Assembly (NCBI GenBank): GCA_024137785.1
Contig: JAHRHZ010000088.1
Span: 7,262,375 to 7,326,374, forward strand
Source: Ginglymostoma cirratum
Lineage: Eukaryota
DNA length: 64,000 nucleotides
Direction: 5' to 3'
The notes beneath the pieces were generated by a model that was not told the origin of the DNA, did not search any database, and saw only the letters and a program-made list of their open reading frames with translations. The position numbers and the translations under genes are program-made. Positions 47,481 to 61,290 of the stretch are shown piece by piece. Each line of letters begins with the position of its first letter. Within the stretch, counting starts at the first letter, position 1.

Positions 47481-50400
47481 ATCATAAGTTGTACTCCTTA
47501 TGGTAAGTACAATAATGGAAGCTTTATGCCCTCCCAGTGAAGAATATCATAGTATATGGTGGATTTATTCTGTCATAGTTCCAATTTCCATGATCTTCTG
47601 TCCCTTCAATATTTGTTACTGTGTTACCTGTGTCACATGCTCTTTCTAATTTTCAAAGCCTTTTAACAGCTATTTCCTCCCTCGTTTTTACGTGCTGAGT
47701 TGATTTCCATATGGACCTGATCACTGGCTCTGTAAATGTTTTCATATTATCCTGGCCAATATAGAGAAGAAAATCAGAACTCCAAAGCTTTGCTTTACCC
47801 ACATCTGACAACATTGAGGAAAGTTGGTTAAAAAAAAATCATAAGATAATACGTAAAGATTGATGAAGACAGAAAGCTTGTGAAGGTCAGAAAGAAGTAA
47901 AGGATGAAAAAAGAAGGAAGGAAACAGGAGTGGAAAAGAATTAAAATAATGGCAGTGTGCATTTCATGAATATATCCAGGTCTAGTTGATTATAACAAGC
48001 TACGAGAAATTGAAGAGGGGCTGGGAGGTGGTCAGGGAGAATGGTCAACAATGCTGCAGGACATTGTCTGAAAACTATTAGATCACTATTAAAAAATGCA
48101 TCACAAATGTGTGCATATATGTTTCAAAAACATCTGATCTTTGAGTATCTATTTGAAATTTGCTTGTTTATGCGATACAGTGTTGCTTTGGTACTGCACC
48201 AACATTTCAAAGCACTAACTAGGATAAAAAAAAACACATTTAACTCTTTGAATGAATAGTAAGCAAAATGAGCAATACTAGGTTGTTCAATGCTGGTTTC
48301 AGCTAATTGCTTTCACCAACACCAAGACAAAATTCCAGAAGAGATAGGAACTTGTTTTTAAATTCATTTTGTTTGTTTTATTTAAAAATTGCACATTCGA
48401 TTGTTCTGTTTCTTTTCGAAACAAAGCCTGCACTATAACAAAAACAAAAGCAAAAACAAATCTAAGCTAGACGCTCACTGGAATGATGTGTGGCACAATA
48501 TCTAATACATCACTGACTGTTAGCAGGTCATTTGATTTGTCCCTTCTTAAGAATCTATTGACTCCTCTTCCAAACTGTCCCTAAATAAATCTTCGAGACA
48601 GTTAATGCTGAAAGATAGGAGATGAAATCCCACTGTCAGCCTTCCTTTCAGATTATCTACACTCAATGTAAGTATCCAGAGAGAGATTGTAACCTGGCAG
48701 TCAAAGGGCTTTAACTTGATACATGCTTTATTAAGATAATGACTAAGAAATGGTTTAGTGCAAAGGTTTAAAATCAACAGCTTTTTCCTACATTAAGCAG
48801 CAGTTGTCAGTGAACTTGACAAGTAGAAAGCCTTCTAGAGAAGGAAAAATAATGTATAATGCTTGGTGGCTGTTTAATGTACTTTAGCAGAATTCCCACT
48901 TCACAATCTTAATTAGCAATATTAGACTGTAAAGAACCTTTATTGTGATCCAATAATTTATTAAAGAACCATGCTATTCCATAAAAGGTGCAAATTGCAG
49001 TAAAATCTTTGTGAAGTGTTTTACACTGAATAATATAATTCTTGTTGCAGAGCCACTCTATAATGCTGTCCTAATAGATAATGTGAATCCCTAATTTTCT
49101 TTAGTCATTGAAGTTGCAACATTTAATGTATATTAAAAATTTCACCTACACATTGCAGATGTAAACAAATTATACAAACAACTTTTGTCAAGGTGCTCCC
49201 TTCTACCAATAGGAAAAATGCCAATGAAAATATTTTCCAAAACTTGTCAAACACAACATTTTTTTTTTAAGAAAATGTTTGAGTTGTTAAATTAAGGGAA
49301 AGCTAGAATGGATCATGAGTTCCACAGGGTTGCCTGTGCAAAGGAGCAGAAAGAAGGATAATGGATTGGGCAGAGAATTGAGAGTTAAAACAGTGTGGGA
49401 GTTTAGGAGATTGTAACATCATTACAAGACTCAACAGAAATGGAAGTGATACCACTAAAACATCCAATGGTGACTTTCTACTTGCTGTAACATTTTGGAG
49501 AGTGGGATGACTCATGCAACAAAATCAATAACCCAAGAGGCCTTCACAATAGAGGGTTTTAGAAATATCACTGTCAACAGAAAGAATTTGAGGAGTTTGT
49601 GACTACCTAGTAATAATAATAATAGTGTGTTCATTGACCATATTATGTCGGACACCAACAAGATACAATTGGTTAGACATTCAAACTAAGAAGTCACAAG
49701 TATAAAAAACCGATGCAAAAAAAGAGATGATCTGACTAAACCAAAGGGTGGTATAAATAGAATAACTGACTTGTGAGGCTTGTACACCGCAAACTAATTC
49801 AGTCCAAGGATTCGGGAACTTATAACCCACTTGACCGTTAGCCCTTCCCGTAATCACTTATTGAATTTATTGTGTGGTATGCCACTAGTCGCCCGTTATT
49901 CTATATCTAAACTTTAAAATTGGAACCCACCTGCAACACAGAAAGGGAAATACAGTTTACTTTTTTTTAAACAATTGCATAGTTGGTCCCCTTCTCACAT
50001 CCAACATCTAAGCAATGAGAAGGAATAGCCTGTCTGCATTGTGAATGCGGTATGGTTGAGCACCAGTAGGTTTTGAAAGGTAATGAAGGTTTTCTTAGGT
50101 GGACAATCCTATGTGTGAGGCCCAAACTGGGTCAGTAGGTCTGGTTTTAGAGACGATCTGAAAGAAACACTAACAGCAAGTAGATGGAGTTCCTTATTTC
50201 AGTATGGTCAGCCCAATTAGAATGATTGATTGTCTGACCGAGCTAGAAACATCACAGAAAAGTAAAAAAAACAAAAAAAACCCAAACCCATCATTAAACT
50301 CCACATGAACAAAAGCTTTACAGCCTCCACTTGAAGCCTTCTTCCCCCACTATTTGGCAAAGTGGAAGTACATGCTTAGTTTCGAGAGGATGCTAACATT

Positions 50401-50519
50401 ACAGTGATCTTGCCTGAGATCAAATAACTCAATGGCCTGTGCTTTCTGTTCACTCCATGTGATGTTGTGAAGCAGCTACTGGCTGCTGTGATAATGAACC
50501 AAAGGCTGAGCTGAAGACC

Positions 50520-51277
50520 TTTGCATCAGAGTCAGCTGCATTGCAAGTCAAATCATTTTAGTGTACTTACAACATTGTCATCTGCTTGATAAATACCAAC
50601 TGCCTTACCAATTAGCTAATTGCCCATGTATGTCCAATTAGTGGAAACAAAGGACAAATCTAACATGGCCTTTTGCTGTCCTATCGGCCTCCTAATAATA
50701 GGTATGGTGATGGAATGAATTATCAATGGCAACACCTACTCGTCTATAACTTGTTCAACCATTTCTCAGTTTGGTTTCTACTAGAGTTATGTGACTCCGG
50801 ACATTTACAGTCCATATTTGGAATTTGATTCATATTTACCACTTACCTGAATGGGTGCAGAGCATTCAAGAGGATCTATCCATTCAATTCATTGCTTGAT
50901 GCTCCAGTGACTTGTCTTAATATTCATTCATCCTTCTCAAGTGCTGTGGTAATGCATTCTATATGTTCTACAGCATGCCTTTCAGGAACTCACCAATGAA
51001 GTTTTGATTACTTCATGCCCCTGCAACATCTATCACCAAGGCGAACAGCAGAAATATTATGGAACCATTGACTCTCCAAGTTTGCTTCCAGGTCACACAT
51101 CACCCACACCCTGACAAAACTCCCCCTTCTTGTACATTTCTGGGTTCAAATTGTGGAATTCCCGGCATGGAACCAATATGGGAGCTCTGTCACTACCACA
51201 ACCTGTCAAGTGAGAAGGGTTACCACTAATATCTTTATCAGAGCAACTGGGATGGGAGCAATTAATGAAGCATTTGT
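50520..51277 (+). mobile_element. Decayed LINE 3' region (family of 37560-39745)
   Basis: cacttacctgaatgggtgcag, ttccaggtcacacatc, ctgggttcaaattgtggaattccc (WNS), gcaactgggatggg tail. Confidence 0.7.
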
Positions 51278-51580
51278 GGGTGACACAGTAGCTCAGTGAT
51301 TAGCACTGCAGCCTCACAGCACCAGGGACTCAGGTTTGACTCCAGCTTTGGAGTCTTTGAGGAAGTTGCACATTCTCCCTGTGTCTGTGTGAGGTTCCTC
51401 TGGGTGCTCCAGTTTCCTCCCACAATCCAGAGATGTGCAGGTTAGGTGGATTAGCCATGGGAAATCCAGGGTCACAGGGACAGGGTAGGAGGTGAGTCTG
51501 GGTGGAATGCTCTTCTAAGGTTTGGCATAGACTCGATGGGCTGAATGGCCTGGTCCCACACTGTTGAGATTCTATGATTC
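51278..51580 (+). mobile_element. HE1-type V-SINE inserted in the LINE tail
   Basis: gtagctcagtgattagcactgcagcctcacagc head, V domain, gattctatgattc tail. Confidence 0.9.
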
Positions 51581-52219
51581 ATTGTCAACATTCCAAAATA
51601 TAAAAAGTGATCATTGTTAAAATTTTAGTGCTGTTATCCAGTCATATTTCATTTTCTTTAGTATACAACTGTTGCTTTAATGTCGATGCACTTCCAGAAG
51701 CCTGTTTACCAGGCCTTATTTCCCCTGAGCATGGTTTTCTGTGGGAAATATGTTTGGCTGGTGAGCTATAGAGTGAAGTGACCCTTTATACTAATGAGAT
51801 ATAAAGTAGATGCAGTACAGACTATAAGTACCATAAGCAATCTATATCTGTTTGACAGAGAAATAACAATGTGAAAGACCCCAATTTCAGACTACAAATT
51901 ATCAATGAAATTTGTTAATAATTTAGTTTAAACAGAAACTGCGAGCACAAAAAGTTGACTAATAAGTGTAGTATTTAAGTAATTGTCTCTGTTTAACAAA
52001 ATACACGTCAATAAACTCAGACTACTTTCCATGGTGTCACACCTTTGCTTTCATGATACAAAGTTTTACGTGATACTACAAACTCCTATTGGAATCCTTT
52101 TTAACCTCTACCTGCATCAGAAACCAACTGGCTAGCAGCAGTACCATCATCCTTAAGTTTAGTTATCTCCCAAAGGGTTAAAAATTCAAAAAGAGTTTGC
52201 AACAAATTGTGATGTGTGC

Positions 52220-52330
52220 TAAAGCAAAGTACTATGGATGTTGGAAGTCAGAAATGAAGCAGGAATTGTTGAAAATACTCAGCAAATTTGATAACATTGG
52301 TGGATAAATAAGCAACAAATAATTCAGAAC
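52220..52330 (-). mobile_element. Decayed solo PLE pLTR tail
   Basis: aaagcaaagtactatggatgttggaagtcagaaat...gaaaatactcagc. Confidence 0.55.
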
Positions 52331-53459
52331 TTTCAAAACTTCTTTTTGGTGGGTGCGGTGTTACTCAATAAAGCTTCTTTTCTTTTTGTCATGATCTGTG
52401 GAAGTTATCTTGTCATAACTATTTCTCTTGATAAGCTTCAGGGAAATACTTGGACTTCATCAGAGCACTGGTAAATATTTTCAAAACAGGTGACCTGCAC
52501 CGTGCATATTGTCAAAAAGTTCTCAAAATTGAAGCTAAGTGGAGAACAATGATCCATTTCCCGCACACCAGTCTCAGACAAAGTGGTCAATTTTGGAACA
52601 TTTTATTGAGTTAAAATGGGACATCTGTAGTTTTTGATCACTTTGTGTACTATAACAGGATTGAAGGCTCCAGTAGGAAGCTGGATCTTAGAAAATAATA
52701 TTTCACTTTTACCACATGACTTCCCTTTCCGGATTCAATATGCATCATAGCTGCTGATGCAGTAGCCATCACAGGCAGAATTGTGTTTAATCCTGTTGTG
52801 AGAGTGGGTCAGCATTCCTGTTTTTATGGTATCAAATTATTATCATGTATCCTTGCAATGGAACAGATGTCTATTGTTGTCATGAGTTGGCTGCAACCAC
52901 ATTAAGGGATTTTAAGCAGAATATACAGTAATTGTAATTCCACATAAAAATAAAGGTGATGGATGCTGCAGTCCAGATGGTGCTTACACATTCAACTATA
53001 ATTGCTAACCATGTTAGTAGTTGATTAATCAGGTCAGGTAGACAGAATAATTGAGCATAGAACTGAGGGTACTATTCCTATTCAATGAAACTGTGTTGAA
53101 TATGAAGGCTCAGGAATAATTTGACTATTTAGCTTGGGAGCTACACTAAGAAAGTAGGAACCTTCATTTTCCTAAATCAACATTGACAGATTGTTGAAAC
53201 CCTTTGTAGCAAGCCTTTGTGCCAGGCAAAATTAGCTTGCCAATGACAAGCCCAGTAAGACTCTTCCAGTCTTCAGCTCCTTCCAGAACTCTCTCTCACC
53301 ATACCAAGTTGATATTTTCTTTCCTTACAAAATTAGTTTAAAGCATGACCATCTTGATTTGTTGGGAATTGACCTGTGAAAATTAGTGAGCAACTTGAAG
53401 AGTGCTTGTATCAGTTTTTTTTGATTATTTGGTAAGGTTAAATTTGCTATGACATCCTA

Positions 53460-54035
53460 GTGAATATGGTTGGAGTTCTGAGGTGGGTGCAGGTAGGGGT
53501 AGTGGGGATTGGTCAGTGGGAGGGGTGGGGCAGATAGGTAGGAAAGGAGATGGACAGGTAGTGTCAGGTCAAGGAGGCGGGGATGAGAGGGAGGGTTGGA
53601 CGTGGGATGAGGCCAGAGGGCTGGGGAGATTTTGAAACTGGTGAATTCTATGTTTATGCCATCAGGCTGTAGACTCCCGAGGCTGAATATGAGGTGTTGT
53701 TCCTGTGACATCATTGTGGCGCTGGAAGAGGCCCAGGATGACACCTGATACTACCTGTCTATCTCCTTCCCTACCTATCCACCCCACACTTCCCACTGAC
53801 AAAGCTCTACTACCCCTACCTACATCCACTTATCAGCATCCAACCTACTTTCCACCAGCCCCACCCTTCCTTCCTCTATTTATTTCCCAGCTCCCTTCCC
53901 CCTCCCCAGGCCTAATGAAGGGTCTAGGTCCAAAACGTTGACTCTACTGCTTCTCTGATGCTGCCTGACCTGCTGTGTTCCTCCAGCTCCATGCTGTATC
54001 GACTCTAACTCCAGCATCTGCAGTTCTTGCCATCT
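53460..54035. mobile_element. Penelope-like element 3' end with inverted partner
   Basis: Minus strand EQHLIFSLGSLQPDGINIEF (GIY-YIG C-terminus) plus pyrimidine-rich UTR; plus strand repeats the UTR and pLTR with a degenerate core ctaatgaagggtctaggtccaaaac. Confidence 0.88.
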
Positions 54036-54111
54036 CCGATGGTTGAAGTTCTATATCTCTCCATCCTATGTGGTGGCCTACACATGGATCTGATACAAAA
54101 AAGGTGGACCA

Positions 54112-54495
54112 GTGGAGTAGTGGTAATATCACTGGTCTAGCAATCCAGAACCTCAGGCCAATTTCTTGGGTATGACAAATGGTAAAAATTGAATTCAATG
54201 AAAGAAAATCTGGATTAAAAATTTGGCCTAATGGCAATCATATGACTATTGTAAAAGCCCATCAAGTTCTCTAATGTCCTTTAGAGAAGGAAATCTGCTA
54301 TCCATAACTGGTCTGGTAGTTTCCTTCAGTATGAAATTAGTTAAAAGTATGACAATAAACCCTGATACAACACAACCTGGTCTGACCTACACATGACCCA
54401 AATCTACAGCAATATAGTTGACTCTTAACTGCCCTTTGGGCATTTAGGGATGGACAATAAATGTTGGCCTAGGCACATCCTGTGAATGAATAAAG
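54112..54495 (+). mobile_element. Meta-like tRNA SINE with an internal ~60-bp insertion
   Basis: gtagtggtaatatcactgg head, ctaatgtcctttagagaaggaaatctgc core, aataaatgttggcctagg tail. Confidence 0.85.
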
Positions 54496-56334
54496 GTTTG
54501 CACATCAACAATACATCCTGTTATTTTCTCAACTGGATTAACATGGCAACATTTTATGTGAAGTGCCCAATCCATGTTGAACTATTATAGCCTCAATATG
54601 GCAGGACATAATCCATCAGCCACTGGAATGTGGTGAATGGTTTCTTCATGATAAAAGGCATGAGTGTTGATTCAAAATGGCCACCATTTTTCAAAATAAC
54701 CACTGTATCACCGTCTGTCAGAACTCCTGTTATTTCGGTTTCTCAACTTGCTTAGAGTTATAATGATAATCAAAGACTCCAACTTGCTGACTGTGCCATC
54801 ATGCTGTTTCACTTGGCTCAGTCCATTGAGCCTAGCTACCACATCTTTGTTGAGATGTCTTAGCCAATTGTTCTTCTGTGGCCCAGCTTTACCATGCAGG
54901 AGATGCTTTCTATTAGAGAGCTTTCTGTAACTAAAATATTCTCCTATATAAATCAGCTGTGAAGTCACAAGCAGAAACAAAATGTTTCTTCTGAAAAAGT
55001 TGGAGAAAACTCAAATCATAACATGTACAATTTTATTGTTTGAACAGGGATGGGATTTTATTTCATCTTTCATTATTACTAACTAGCATATCCTGTATTT
55101 TCCAATGATTTGACAAAAATATCTAAAAATGGCAACACACGCTATGTATCTGCACTCAAGAGCTACTCTTACCAGAATCAACTCCAAACAGACATCTTAA
55201 AACGGTTAATTCTGGCAACTTTTCACCGCCACACCCCCTCTTTAAGAGCAATTTAAATGTGGATGTTATTGGTGTGTTTATAATACTGCCTATATTCACA
55301 AAGCACGCATTGTTAATAAAGACAAAACCTGGTCAGGGTACTTTGTGAATATGCTCCCAGACCTGTCAGGAAACACTGATTGCTATCTTGATCATTAACA
55401 CCACATCTCAGTACTGCTGCAAAAAGTTCAGGCATCCCAACTTTCAACAGTCTGCCCCAGAGACCTGCTATAAAAGTCATTTTCCTTTCCACCACCATTG
55501 CATAAAGTTCTCCACCCCAGCCCTTATTCAAGGTGCAGCAGGTTACAATAATAAAGCGTGATAGGTCTGTTACTATAATCAGTGTGAATGATGATTAAAG
55601 AATATCATTTTGGAACTCTCACAGATCATCAAGGATTGTGGGAGTCTGTAAATTGTAAAATGAAAAAAAGTCAGCAGTGGATTTCTGAAGTTTATTTACT
55701 CCATTATCGAAAGTAACCTCAGCAAATCGTTAAAAATCATTTATCGGACGATGAAAAGGAGTCCAAAAATAATATTCTCCAAAATTAAAATCAGTAGCAT
55801 GAAAACAGATTGGAGTTTCTTGTTTCAATTTCTCTTAAAATTTATTTCCTTGACACAGTAAATCTTATTTAACTTCTTTCAAAAGTAGCTGGAATGAAAC
55901 AAGAAACCGATGATACTCATGCTTTATATCTGGGAATATTATTCTTGGATTGCTCTGGTTTTCAGAAAAAGCAATCTTGAAATAAGAAGATTTTCTTAAG
56001 TTGTAGAGTTATTCTTGGCTGTGAATGACATGATTGGAGTAATCATTTATTTAAAGTGAAGTTCCTGTCTGGCTCTTGTTTTATTTATGCTGATGAAACA
56101 TGATGAGCTGTGGATAGAAAATGACATGTTATTGGCAGCATTGGAAATAGAATTGCAAGAGAGTCTTTTGTAGACTCAGATTAGTGTAGAGTTGTACCCT
56201 TAATTCCTAGGCTCCTCTGGGTCCAATGCAAACTGAACCTGTAGCTTATGAAGTGATTGAATGCTGTAGGGAATGAGTGCATTTCTTTTAAGCCACAGTT
56301 GTCACCTGCACAATCTTTGACTGGATTGCCGTTA

Positions 56335-56760
56335 GAATCACACAACAATTATAGCAGAGAGAAAGGCCATTCAGCCCATCATGCTATCACTCTGGGACAT
56401 CAACTCAGTTCATCCCATTGCCTGCCATTTCTTCTTAGCTTTACGAAGCTTTTCTCCTCTGATTGTCGTCTAATAGAAAGCTTTGAATTTGCCTCCAGAA
56501 CAGTCTCAGACACAAACCCTCCCATTTACTGCATTAAAAAAGTTTTTTTTTCCTCAAGTTGTCTCTTGTTCTTTTGTCAATCATTTTAAACTGGAGGCCT
56601 CTTGTTCTCAACCTCAATGATAATCATCTCTCTCTAGGCATACTGCTCAAAACCCTCATGATTTTGAACACTATCAGATCTCCTCTCAACATTCTCTCCT
56701 CCAAGAAGAACATTCCTCACTCCGCTGATCTAACCACGCAACTCAAGTCTCTCATCCAGT
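56335..56760 (-). mobile_element. CR1 3' fragment (decayed)
   Basis: agaatcacac...aggccattcagcccatc...ccctcatgattttgaacactatcagatctcctctcaac. Confidence 0.75.
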
Positions 56761-57069
56761 CCGAGTTTACATTTTAAAAATTTTCTGACATCAGAGGTGA
56801 AATTGTTCTAAAAGAAAGTTTTTATCCATAGGTAATGCCATAGTAACACAATTGTGCATCTTTGAAACATACACTTTCTGAGAATGTTATTTCATTAGTC
56901 AATAATTATGTCTGTTATATGTGGGTTAATACTGCATTGAGTGAACTAACTACCACTCACAGTGACAATGTCACAGGAAATCATCTGGAGTAAATAGGGA
57001 CCTTATAGGAGACCGACTTGCGGGGCTAGTGTGTTCGGTACAGATAGAGATATTAGACTCTGTTGTCAT

Positions 57070-57300
57070 TTAGACTTAGATTTTATTGTCATATGCACTC
57101 AAGTACAAAAGTACAGGAGAACAGTGAAAAGTGCATAATGTCACCACACAAGGCGCCATCTTAGGTATAAGTACCTAGGTACAGAATCATAAGAGGAAGG
57201 TAGAAAAAAAGAATAAAGTTAAAAGTTAAACAGTAATTCTTAGTATTAAGTAGAAAAATAAAGAAATAAAGCTAAAAGTCAAACATCACAGTCTTTCCAA
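57070..57300 (-). mobile_element. Truncated copy of the 10428 non-autonomous element
   Basis: ttagacttagattttattgtcatatgcactc...ggcgccatcttaggt...cctaggtaca. Confidence 0.65.
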
Positions 57301-57539
57301 AGCGCAAGTTCATTAACCTGTAAATAAAATGACGAATGCTATCATACTGCATATTGTTTAATCAACAAGATTCTCCTAGCATTCTCCTAGCTAGACCAGA
57401 AAGGCAGATATCTTAATCCACATTATGTCACCTTGGGCTTGGAGGAACACAACTTGATGGTAATGGGGCACTCCTATCACGACATTGTCCTTATTGATGC
57501 CAATACCCTTCAAAATCGGTGCTCGTACCATCAAGCAAA

Positions 57540-59467
57540 ATTGGTGCTGGTTCCATGGCTTTTCGCTATGTATATAAATGATTTGGATGTGAACATAGGA
57601 GGTATGGTTAGCAAGTTTGCAGGTGACACTAAAATTGGTGATGTAGTTGACAGTGAAGAAGGTTACCTCAGAGTACAACGGGCCAATGAGCTGAAGAGTG
57701 GCAGATGGAGTTTAATTTAGATAAATGTGAGGTGCTGTATTTTGGAAAGGCAAATCAGGGCAGGACTTATACCTTAATAGTAAGGTCCTGGGGACTGTTG
57801 CTGAACAAAGAGACCTTGGAGTGTAAGACCATAAGACCATAAGACATAGGAGTGGAAGTAAGGCCATTCGGCCCATCAAGTCCACTCTGCCACTTAATCA
57901 TGGCTGATGGGCATTTCAACTCCACTTACCCGCACTCTCCCCGTAGCCCTTGATTCCTTGCGAGATCAAGAATTTATCAATCTCTGCCTTGATGACATTT
58001 AACGTCCCGGTCTTCACTGCGCTCTGTGGCAATGAATTCCACAGGCCCACCACTCTCTGGCTGAAGAAATGTCTCCACATTTCCGTTCTAAATTGACCCC
58101 CTCTAATTCTAAGGCTGTGCCCATGGGCCCTAGTCTCCCCGCCTAATGGAAACAACTTCCCAGTGTCCACCCTTTCTAAGCCATGCATTATCTTGTAAGT
58201 TTCTATTAGATCTCCCCTCAACCTTCTAAACTCTAATGAATACAATCCCAGGATCCTCAGCTGTTCATCGTATTTTAGGCCTACCATTCCAGGGATCATC
58301 CATGTGAATCTCCGCTGGACACGCTCCAGTGCCAGTACGTCCTTCCTGAGGTGTGGGGCCCAAAATTAGACACAGTATTCTAAATGGGGCCTAACTAGAG
58401 CTTTATAAAGTCTCAGAAGCACATTGCTGATTTTATATTCCAACCATCTTGAGATAAATGACAACATTACATTTGCTTTCTTAACCACGGACTCAACCTG
58501 CAAGTTAACCGTTAGAGAATCCTGGACTAGCACTCCTAGATCCCTTTGTACTTTGGCTTTATGAATTTTCAGAAAATAGTCTATGCCTGTATTCTTTTTT
58601 CCAAAGTGCAAGACCTCGCATTTGCTCATGTTGAATTTCATCAGCCATTTCCTGGACCATTCTCCTAAACTGTCTAAATCATTCTGTAGCCTCCCCACCT
58701 CCTCCGTACTACCTGCCTGTCTACCTAATGTCGTATCATCGGCAAACTTCGCCAGAATGCCCCCAGTCCCAGGCTCATTGTTTTTTGAAAGTGGATTCGC
58801 AGGTACATAGGATAGTGAAGAAGGTGTTTGGTAGGCTTGCCTTTTTTGGTCAGTGCATGAGTGTAGGAGTTGGGAGGTCATGTTGTGGCTGTACAGAACA
58901 CTGGTCAGACCACAATTGGAATACTGCATGCTATTCTAGTTCCTGCTATATGAAGGAAGTTGTGAAACTTGAAAGGTTCAGAAAAGATTTACAAGGATGT
59001 TGCTGGGATTGGAGGATTTGAGCTCTAGGGAGAGGCTGAATAGGCTGGGGCTATTTCCCTGGAGTGTCAGAGGCTGAGGGGTGACTTTATAAAGGTTTAT
59101 AAAATCATGAGGGGCATGAATAGGGTAAATAGACAAGGCCTTTTCCCCAGGGTGGGGAGTCCAAAACTAGAGGGCATAGGTTTAAGGTGAGAGGGGAAAG
59201 ATTTAAAAGGGTCCTAAGGGGCAACTTTTTCGTGCAGAGGGTGGTGCATGTATGGAATGAACTGCCAGAGGAACTGGTGGAGGCTGGTACAATTACAATA
59301 TTTAAAAGGCATCTAGATGGGTATGTGAATCGGAAGAGTTTAGAGGGATATGGGCCAAATGCTGGCAAGTGGGACTAGATTTATTTAGGATATCCAGTCA
59401 GCATGGATGAGTTGGACCAAAGGGTATGTTTCCATGCTGTATGTCTCTATGACCCTCTATGACTCTA
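57540..59467 (+). mobile_element. CR1 (RT core to 3' tail) split by an antisense CR1
   Basis: YINDLD...SKFAGDTKIG at 57570-57640; resumes at 58770 and runs to WNELPEELVEAG and a (TATGACTC)n-type tail. Confidence 0.93.
57824..58769 (-). mobile_element. Younger CR1, 5'-truncated at the RT FADDT motif
   Basis: ORFs 58366-58929 (KFADDTTLG...LYKALVRPHLEYCV) and 57916-58299; (TAAGACCA)n tail at 57824. Confidence 0.95.
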
Positions 59468-60159
59468 ATATAGTGCAAACTGAGAGATATTAGAATTTAT
59501 GCCAGAAATAAAAAACAGGGGGAAAAATATGCGAGTGACCTAGGAGACTCAAAGAGAAACAGATACTGCTAATTGCTGACAGCAGAACAACTCCGCAAAT
59601 CTAGTGACAATTCTCAACAGAGCAAACAACACAGAAAGCATTTCAGACCTGACAGAAGTTGAGCTGGAACAGAAGCTACCTGCAGTTCCAAGGCAGAGGT
59701 GCAGACTACATCGTGAGGTGTTGGTATGTGGAAGCAGTCCCAAGTCCAAGTTGAGACAATGAGCCAACCAGACATCAATGGATTCCATGAGACAAAACCA
59801 AGAGTGCCTTGCACAGAAAGGGAAGCCTTAAAAGACACAGTAATTCAGCATGAAAGGCAATCATTTCTGGAAAATTTGCAGCTCTAGTTAGGCATAGCAC
59901 AGTGATAAACAAGGCAGGGCTGGGGAAACAAAGCTAAGAGGGCCATGAGAGAAAACTCATTTACTCTTGGAGTGAAGAGCTTGGGAAAGCGTGAACTAGC
60001 CATTTAACGGGGCCAACGTTCAGAAACTTAAGGCAGTGTGATACTGATCCAACAGAACTTTTCAGGAGGAGAACGCAGCAGAAGTCATAGTGGGGCTCGG
60101 GAGCATCGAAAACATCCAATTTAGCCAGAAACCACAGGAAAAACATCAAGCGCTCTGCT

Positions 60160-61290
60160 ATTAAATTTTTTATAATGGACTTTAGCATTTTCCATGTTCC
60201 TGATGTCAGGCTAACCGGTCCATATTTATCTGTTTTTGTGCTACCTCCTTTTTGAAATTACATTAGCTACCCTCCACTCCTTAGGATTCAGAGCTCCAGA
60301 GTCTATAGAATCCTGAATGTTGACCACCCAAGGCGATATAATGCATCTACTATTTCTACATCCACTTTCTAAAGTACAGTTCACTTCCTTAAATACTCTG
60401 GGGTGTAGATTATCACACTCAGTGGATTTGTTGGCCTTTAATCCTTTAATTTTCCCCAGTACCATTTCTACTAATTGGATGTCTTTAAATTTGTGTGTCT
60501 CTCTCTCTGTAGTCCATGTGTTCCCCAATATTTTTAAGATGTTATTTGCATCATCCTTTGTGAATAAAGAACCAAAATACACTTTTTTATTAGTCAGCCA
60601 TTTTCTTTTTCCCTCATTATAAACTTCCCCCATTTCTGGCTGTAAGGGACCTACATTTGCCTTCACTAATCCTTTTCTCTTCACATTCCTCTTGCAGCTT
60701 TTATAATTATTTGTCTGTTCCCAACAAGCTTACGCCAGTATTCTATTTTTCCCCTCTTAATCAATCCCTTTGTCCTCCTGAAATAAATCCACAAAGGCCA
60801 GTATCCCATCACCAAGGCAACCTTTATTTACATGTGCATTGTACTTGACACTAGTTCAGCTAGCACAGAGATAGCCCCTGGAGTAAACAGAACACTGACA
60901 CTCCTGCTTATATCTATGAGTCAGGGTTCCCTGATTGGACCAGGAAATCCACCTGGCTGACTTTGTTCTAATCACATCCTTTGGTGAAATCCAAAGTGCT
61001 CCCAATCCTCAGGTCTGCTGCTCTTTTTGGCCAATTTATATACACCATCCTTGAATCTAACACTAATCCCAATTTGCCTTATCATCCAAGGCTGGGCCAT
61101 CATTCCTATTGTACTTTTGAGCCAGACAGGAATAACCAGTTGCTGCAGTTCCTCTATGCACTCTTTAAATGTTTGCCATTGCCTATCCCTGTCATTCTTG
61201 CAAGTACTGCTCCCTATTTATCATAACCAATTCTCACCTCACATCATCATAGGTTCCTTTTTGTCGATTCAGCATCACATTAAATATTAA
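60160..61290 (-). mobile_element. Decayed CR1 ORF2 internal fragment
   Basis: ORF 60241-60684 KANVGPLQ...DNLHPRVFKE...WRVANV. Confidence 0.85.
60779..60976 (-). mobile_element. Solo LTR (Gypsy-type) inserted in CR1
   Basis: Minus strand starts TGTG and ends TTTCA; CCAAT, TATA-like and AATAAA in order; short tcc duplication; CR1 resumes on both sides. Confidence 0.75.

Noticed and set aside
48547-48777. 76-aa minus-strand ORF with an acidic end
   Set aside because: No convincing splice sites or motif.
54708-54980. 90-aa minus-strand ORF in unique DNA
   Set aside because: Ambiguous acceptors, weak donors and no recognisable motif; not excluded, but unsupported.
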